A stretch of 64,000 bases of DNA from Minutocellus sp. GHC0000111 (taxonomy: Eukaryota): contig OZ361260.1 of the NCBI GenBank assembly GCA_977018835.1, positions 2,728,001 through 2,792,000 of the forward strand, in the 5' to 3' direction. This document shows positions 56,963 through 64,000 of this stretch, in pieces. How positions within the stretch are numbered: the first letter of the stretch is position 1; each line of letters starts with the position of its first letter. The notes below the pieces were generated by a model, which had not been told where the DNA came from, did not search any database, and saw only the letters and a program-made list of their open reading frames with translations. The position numbers and the translations under genes were made by a program.

Positions 56963-58225
56963 ATGGCGACCCAACGCCGCACCCGTCGCCGTCGGCGCCC
57001 CAGGGCGTCGGCTAGGGCGTGCATCATCCCCGCTATTCTGCTCTATTCGACTGTAGGAGGGATGCATAGTGGGTCTTCTGTGCCTGTATCAGTTCTGGCG
57101 GCCTCCGAACAAATAACTTATGCGACGCAGGAAACAAACAATGAAGCAATTGAAACAAGTACGGAGAAAACGTCCACAAACCATGGCGGAGAAAGGGATG
57201 ATGAGGAGGATGAAAGACATCAGGAACCATCATCGGTGGGAAGCAGACGCAGCAGAACGCTCCAAATTCGATCAGGTGCTACTACGAAGTCAAATGGTGC
57301 CGCCACGAGCGTCGACATGACGCTAGCAGAAATTCTCGCAAAAGCCGCTAAAAAGGGTATCGGGGGAGGAGTACCTGGATTTGTTGCAGGGGTGATCCAA
57401 GTCATAACGCTGATGTGGCTTCGCACAGTCATCAATTACCAATCTCGGTACGGCACATCATTTCGCGAAACGCTTCTGGTGCTCTTCAACGAAGGTGGCG
57501 TCCCCCGTTTCTACCGCGGAATTGCCTTTGCACTTGTACAAGCTCCCATGGCTCGATTCGTGGCGACATTTGCCAATGATGGGTGTGAGGCCCTGTTGGC
57601 ATCATTGCCAATGACCAAGCATTGGGGACCGGCACGTGGTACGATGATTAGTAGCGTTGTCGTTGGGCTGTGGCGCGTCCTGCTGATGCCCATCGACACA
57701 TGCAAAACCGTCCTTCAGGTAGATTCTCGGGACGGGTTCAAGAAATTGATGCGCAAAGTTCGAGCGGGGAAGATCAGTTTGCTGTATCAGGGTGCATTGG
57801 CACTGATTGCCTCGTCCATGATGTCCTACTATCCTTGGTTCTACTCATATCGTGTCCTTTCCAAGTCAGATATTGTTGCCAGGGCCTTTGCTCCGGGGCT
57901 AATGAAGAATGCATTTATTGGGTTCAGTGCGTCGGTTGTATCAGATGTTGTTGCAAATGGCATTCGTGTTATTAAAACAACGAAGCAGTCCATCGCCGCA
58001 TCCCAGCGTACGGTGAACTACGGGGAGGCAATATCAATAATATTAGCAGAGGATGGGTGGCGGGGACTCTTTGGCCGAGGTCTCAAGACAAGGATATTCG
58101 GCAATGCCCTTCAGAGTGTTTTATTCACAATTGTCTGGAGAGGCCTTGCCGAACGGTGGTCAACGACGGCTGACACACCCTCTGAATCCACTTCCAAAGA
58201 ATCGTCAACGGCGCAGCAGGCGTAG
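56963..58225 (+). CDS. Mitochondrial carrier family protein with N-terminal extension
   Basis: 'MWLRTVINYQ', 'GGVPRFYRG', 'MPIDTCKT.LQV', 'RVIKTTKQ', 'DGWRGLFGRGL'. Confidence 0.85.
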   Translation: MATQRRTRRRRRPRASARACIIPAILLYSTVGGMHSGSSVPVSVLAASEQITYATQETNNEAIETSTEKTSTNHGGERDDEEDERHQEPSSVGSRRSRTLQIRSGATTKSNGAATSVDMTLAEILAKAAKKGIGGGVPGFVAGVIQVITLMWLRTVINYQSRYGTSFRETLLVLFNEGGVPRFYRGIAFALVQAPMARFVATFANDGCEALLASLPMTKHWGPARGTMISSVVVGLWRVLLMPIDTCKTVLQVDSRDGFKKLMRKVRAGKISLLYQGALALIASSMMSYYPWFYSYRVLSKSDIVARAFAPGLMKNAFIGFSASVVSDVVANGIRVIKTTKQSIAASQRTVNYGEAISIILAEDGWRGLFGRGLKTRIFGNALQSVLFTIVWRGLAERWSTTADTPSESTSKESSTAQQA

Positions 58226-58267
58226 CGTTTTACATAATAAGAGGACCAAGAGCTATACACTAATATA

Positions 58268-59386
58268 TTAGACTCGAGCTAGAGAGCGCAGCTCCTCTTC
58301 TGCGGCTTGGGCCCTATGAAGTAGGGTGGTAATCTTTGCCTCCTTCTTCTCCAGAATAATTCTCACCTTGCCCTCTGCAGCATTGAGCTGATCGGTTTCG
58401 TCCTGCAGCCGTGTGCGCAGATCCTTTACTTCCCCACAAAGAGAATCTATTTTTCGATCCCTCTCAGATACAGCACCTTCCGATGCTATCAGCTTCGATC
58501 TCAAACCCTCAATGATATCTTCCTGCTGCGTCATTTCGGCTTTCCTTTCCTTCTCATGGATACGACTTTTTGCCTCTAGGTCTGTGATTATACTCTCGGC
58601 AATTTGTAGCTTGCCTTGCAGATGCTCCTTCTCTCCCTATAATTTCTTCTGGTTCGCATCAAGTACACTCTGAAGTTTGCACATTTCTTTTTGATGATTG
58701 AAGACCAAGGCATTGATCCTACCATCTGCTTCCGCCTCCATTTTTTCAGCCAGTGCCTTGCAGTCCGCCTCCTTGATACGAAGCTTCTGTTCTACATCTT
58801 TGTGCGCGAGCTCTGCCTTGGCAATGATGTCATCTCTTGCCGCAACCGTTTTCAAAGCAGCTTGGTGCCTTCGATCAGAGCAGTCCAGCTCTCGATATGC
58901 TGCCAATGCAATATCATCTATAGCTTGGCGCCCGCTGCGCAACAGCCCGAGCCGAGATGTCTCCATGTCATTGATGGCAACTTTTAATCTCTGAAGGAGG
59001 CCGATAAGATTTGCCTCGCGGGCTTTGCGCAAGCCACTTAACTTGACGTCGATCGTGATCTGATTGAGCAGGTCTTGCAATGCCGCCGTCGTCGATGCGA
59101 ACGAATCGTCGAGTAGAAAAGGTCTGGTCTTAATGTTGAGTCGCTTCAGGGCATTTTGAATGGCTTGCTCGTGGACGTGTCTTGGCAGCTTGGAAGAGAC
59201 ATCCAATCTCGAGGCCGAAGCCTTGGTACATGTATCACCACAATGTGGAGGTTTCGACTGATTCGTATGGTTCGATTTACAAATGTCTGCAAGATTCTCT
59301 TTTACCCTGGCATAGTCTCCCCGGGCGGCAGCCAAGAGGTTGGCGCTAGAGGACATTTCAGCAAAAATGGAGCACAAGCATGACAA
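58268..59386 (-). CDS. Coiled-coil protein of unknown function (frameshift ~58640)
   Basis: Two consecutive same-strand ORFs with heptad-rich E/K/A/L composition. Confidence 0.55.
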
Positions 59387-59489
59387 AAAATGACGTCTGG
59401 TCGCTTCCGCACCAATTTCATTCAGCGTAACGAGAGCATTCAGATCAGTGGAGCCCTATTCGATGAAGTGAGTGAAAAATATTACAATA

Positions 59490-60962
59490 TCACTGAAAGT
59501 GAAGCTCCGTAACATCCGTAACAAGCGACTGAACATGAGGATTGTCAATCTTCCACTTTTTGGTTTCTATCAGCTTCTTCAGTCTCTCCTCAGGGCTCTC
59601 CTCAGGGCTCTCCTTAAGGTTGGCTGTGTCCGTATTCGTTGCAAGTCGCTTGGAGATGCCAGGACAATGTCCAGCTCCCACCACAGCCACAATGCGTCGA
59701 CGTCGACCGATTGACGGGACCTTGCTCAGGAGATTCACCGTCTGTTTGAGCTTACATGACATATATTCGTCTCTCTCGTCAATGATGGTCCGGCCAATCT
59801 GAGGGAAATGCTTGGCGAGCTCGGCAATGCTATCCGTAAGAAGATCATTGGTGGGATCATTCATTATTTTGTCCATCCACTCTTTCAACTCCTTTTCCGA
59901 TGGAGGTCGAAGAGATGACCAGATTAGACCGAGACACAATTTTGCTTTGCCAAAGAGCCGCAATGATTCCCATGCGCGCAATATCGTCAAACGAACGGGC
60001 CGATCACCCAAAATGACGGTAATAGGACCCACTCTCGAAGCAATTGCCGGATTCACCAATCAAAAACGGCGTCGGTTCATTTCCTCCTCAAATATCTTTT
60101 GCTGCCGAGAAGCGGCAGCGTGCGCCTCACGGAATTCGCCTCCGATATCAACACCTAGCTTTGTTGCATAGTCCTGCTGGATTTTCGTGAGCATTCCAGC
60201 GCTCCACAACATTCCCCGAGGCTGCTTCTCCGCCTTGGATTGCTGCTTTGTTTTCTCTGGCGTTGTGTTTTCATTAGCGCCGCCCTCTGGTTGGTTAGCA
60301 CTGTCCCCACCATCGGCAGTAGTGTCATCTGCAAGCAGAGCAAGGCGTTGATGACAAAGCTCAATGAACAACACGTCGGGACATACAGCCTCAACCAACA
60401 AGCGAGCATCTTCGCAGGAATCTTTTGAGACATGCGAGGTTCCCAGAAGGTATATCTCAACAATGTTATCGTCAACACCGTTGCCATCTACCTCTTCGTT
60501 CAAATCACTTGCAGCTCTTGGCATTGGAACGAGCAACCGATGGAGTGTCCCACGTAGCTCCTTCAATTGGTGGGGAAGCTGTTCCCTCCAGGCCTCTTCT
60601 TCAATTGCAGGGTGGGGCTTTTCAATTGCCGGCACAAAGTTGCTAACACCCTTGCTATCGTCATTCTCCTGATCCTGCGGCAATTTGGCTGCTGGAGTGA
60701 CGTGTTCAATCCGTTCATCATTATCATCCTTGGTAACATCATCGTTGGGCAACTTTCGCACCGCTGGGAGTACCTCGGGCAGGGAGGGAGAGACGGGCGC
60801 ACCGCCGCCAGCAGCAGAAGCAGCACATACTTGCGGTAGTATTGTTGGGCCTCGAACCAGACATGCCAGCAATGAAGAAGCGATGAGAGCAGATGCGATT
60901 GAACAACGCCGCCCTCGGCGCCTATGCACTCTGGTGGCGGCAATTGCAGAAGGAAGGATCAT
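59490..60962 (-). CDS. TraB-domain (TraB/PrgY/GumN, TRABD-like) protein; frameshift ~60060
   Basis: 'YLLGTSHVS', 'PDVLFIELC..R', 'GGEFREA', 'LGDRPV.LT..RAW', 'IIDERD', 'VAVVGAGH..GI'. Confidence 0.88.
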
Positions 60963-61133
60963 TGTTGGGAAGTTGACTGACGTTTTGAGTAGTTGCTTGA
61001 TTGGCGCGCGCGCCAAGCCAAATCGCGAGCCTGCCGCGCCGGCGGCGACGGCCGCCTGGCTAGATGCCAGGTCGAACGGCGGCTCGTCGGTTCTTTCGCC
61101 GCTCACTCCCTTGCACCGACCTTTGTATGTTCG

Positions 61134-62138
61134 ATGCCTATCTCCTTATCAATAACGTCGGCGCTGCTGCTCGTCGGCATCTTGCTGCTGTCGTATGCAA
61201 CCGTGCCCGTTCACGCTCAACGCCGTCCACCAGTCTTTAGTGATTACGACTTGTCGAACGCTACTCGATATCCCAAGTTGGAGGTCGGGCCAGATGATCC
61301 ACCGACTATCGAGCAAGTGTCGGAATCCTCTCCCCGGATATTCCTCATTCACAGTGCACTGACGAAAGCCGAATGTCAGCATTTGAGGAACATGGCGGAT
61401 CCGATCCTCCGAGAGAGCTATGTGGGTACCGCTGGGCAGGGAATGAAGATTGGAGAGAGACGTACCAGTCAGAGTACGTTCCTGATGAAGGGCTCAGTTC
61501 TGGAAACCAAGCAGATGAAATCCATGAGACGACGCATCGCCGACCTGACCGGATTTGATCTGCGCAAATTTGCCGACTTGCAGGTCAATCGATATGAGGC
61601 AGGGGGCAAGTACGAGCCACATGTTGACTGGGCAAAGAGCGAAGTGTCCGAGCAGGAGTGGACGGTGTTGCTTTGTCTATCGTCGGTGGCTGATGATCAG
61701 GGCGGCGAGACTGTGTTTCCGAGAGCCAACATCATGGTCCAGCCAAAGGAGGGTATGGCCATCGTCTTCAAAAACTCGAAATCGTTGCATGTACTTGACC
61801 ATGACAGCTTGCACGGGGGAGCACCGCTGAAATACGGCGAGAAGTGGAACAGCAACCAATGGATCTTTGCACAGGATGTACATTTCGCGAGACGAGTTAG
61901 TCTACCGCTGTTATTGATGCCATGGGGCGGCGATCCTCCGAAGTGGCTGGTACGGTGGAGAAATCATCTGATGAAGACAAAAGGTGAAGCAGGAGGTTAC
62001 ACGGCTGTGAATAGGGCGGCAAATATCGCTCTTGGAGTGGTATCGTGCGTTGTAACAAGTGCGGTTGGGGGGACCGTCAGAGTCGTCTACGTCAACGTGG
62101 CTCGAAGGAGAGACGCAAGATTTGAAGACTGGGAGTAG
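61134..62138 (+). CDS. Prolyl 4-hydroxylase-like 2OG-Fe(II) oxygenase
   Basis: Signal peptide; 'LT..EC..L', 'RTSQSTFL', 'LQVNRYE.GGKYEPHVD', 'GGET.FP', 'SLHGG.P...GEKW'. Confidence 0.9.
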   Translation: MPISLSITSALLLVGILLLSYATVPVHAQRRPPVFSDYDLSNATRYPKLEVGPDDPPTIEQVSESSPRIFLIHSALTKAECQHLRNMADPILRESYVGTAGQGMKIGERRTSQSTFLMKGSVLETKQMKSMRRRIADLTGFDLRKFADLQVNRYEAGGKYEPHVDWAKSEVSEQEWTVLLCLSSVADDQGGETVFPRANIMVQPKEGMAIVFKNSKSLHVLDHDSLHGGAPLKYGEKWNSNQWIFAQDVHFARRVSLPLLLMPWGGDPPKWLVRWRNHLMKTKGEAGGYTAVNRAANIALGVVSCVVTSAVGGTVRVVYVNVARRRDARFEDWE

Positions 62139-62423
62139 CTACAAACTCTCTTGATATATCCTTACGGAAAACCTTCAAATGAATTGATGGTGTAGATAGG
62201 TGATTTGATATATATTACAAATCAGCAAAGAATGTCACTAGTAGGCGAGTTAGGTGATCGTTGGAACGAATCCCATAGGTTATTAGATCTACTACGTAGC
62301 TACGTAGATCTAGCTAGTACGTATGTATACCGAGGCGCGTTGCTCAACAAATATTGCTCACTAACATTCTAGTTCTTTCATGCAAAACATTGTACCTCGA
62401 AATCAAGCAAATCTTCCAAAGTA

Positions 62424-63441
62424 CTACGCCATTTCAGCATCCTCTGCCTTTGGCGATGTTGGAGGGGATACAGGGGCGCCAGCCTCCTCAGGCTGCTGGA
62501 CTTCCGGAATCTCACGTTCTTCAAATACAGCTCTACCAAACAGAGGGTGCTCCCGTACTCTTCCTTCTTTTTGCAAATTGAACAAGTTCATGCTAGAAGA
62601 GAAGATGTAGGCGCTCACGAGCGCCATAAAGATTCCGTTCGGCGAGTGCATGAAGATGAAGCTGATCATACCAAAGAGTAGCAGCCCTCCCGAAAGCACC
62701 ATTGCAGTAACCGACACGATGAGCGCAGTCTTCTCCATTCGAACTCCGCGCATAATTAGGAATGCCGCGAGGCATCGACCACCATCAAGAGGATACGCTG
62801 GCACAAACAGATTGAATGCCATGATGAACAGATTGGTCCAGAACGCCTGTTGCGATAGGACAGCAAAGAAACTGGCGGCACTGGCCGATAGTTCATCCAG
62901 AAAATAGCTCATCGAAAAGCGAGAGAAGTCTCCGCCAGTGAATGCCGCAAACATGGCCACCCAAAAGATCATCTGTGGAATGTGCATCAAAGGACCAGCA
63001 ATAGCAACGCGAAAGTCACCAGAAGCGCCGCAATCGGTCGGGTCGACGAGAGCGAATCCACCCAGCGGCCACAGGACAATACCGCCGACATCACCACCCA
63101 ACCTTTTGATCATCCACGCATGGCCCAGCTCGTGAAGGACGATCGTCAGAAGCAGAAGCGGGCCGTACAGCGTCAGCATGAACAAACTAAAGGCCGCATC
63201 CAGATACCTCGCACTCGCTGCCAGCACAATCAGCAACAAGAGGAAGTAGGAGTAGTGCAAGGCGATGGGAATGCCGCAGCTGCACAGCATAGTGTCGCGT
63301 AAAGTGGGTTATGTGATTGAGAAATATTAGTTGATGGATTGGAAGGCATAAATCGCATTCAAATCGTATTGCGGATACTCACCAACAGCTGCCAATTTTG
63401 AGAGAGGACCGATCCTCGGTAAGAAGGGAACGCATCACCAT
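62424..63441 (-). CDS. M50 family intramembrane metalloprotease (site-2 protease/SpoIVFB-like); intron 63382-63280
   Basis: 'LHELGH', 'LWPLGG', 'VAIAGP', 'FNLFVPAYPLDGG'. Confidence 0.92.
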
Positions 63442-63636
63442 GGTGAGAAAGACTTGGTTGGTGAGATGAAATGCAGGTGTGAGCGCTGATCAAACCGGTC
63501 AGGGCATGCCTTACCGCTGGGAATGGAGCGAGCAAGTCGTGCCGTCGTGCCGTGAACCAATGAACACGAATGCAACTCTGGGGGAAATCTGGGGGAAATC
63601 CCCGCCCTAAAACCCCCTCTAATTTGTCACTGTTGA

Positions 63637-63999
<363 letters not shown>

Positions 64000-64000
64000 T

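Noticed and set aside
14716..60962. Calling the frameshifted host genes (sulfotransferase-like, kinase, K+ channel, PPR-like, AKR, proteasome alpha, coiled-coil, TraB) pseudogenes or programmed frameshifts
   Set aside because: Motifs are intact on both sides of isolated indels in many unrelated genes, which is best explained by assembly consensus errors.

Overview
Gene-dense eukaryotic DNA with short GT-AG introns, most likely from a diatom (bipartite signal+ASAF-type plastid presequences, diatom-type gene families). Bases 1-14.3 kb form a transposon-like block. It holds a decayed, spliced Helitron-type Rep/PIF1-helicase gene with ubiquitin-like domains spliced onto its N-terminus, broken accessory ORFs, a LINE reverse-transcriptase C-terminal fragment, and a twin GNA-triloop Y-shaped hairpin at the block edge. 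Bases 14.7-64 kb carry about 28 host genes (CCT6, cNMP-dependent kinase, K+ channel, ABHD17, PRCC-like, AP-4 beta, TFIIH p52, RPL27, KDM5-like and others). They are interrupted by two copies of a TA-flanked MITE, a ~670-bp partial gene duplication around an ~800-bp insert, and two inverted copies of a 1.5-kb TIR element with an adjacent inverted duplication. The most notable signals are a TpA->TpG/CpA mutational bias in duplicated DNA and the Ubl-fused Helitron with its hairpin. Many host genes carry single frameshifts that are probably consensus errors. All calls come from reading motifs by eye; no database search was run.
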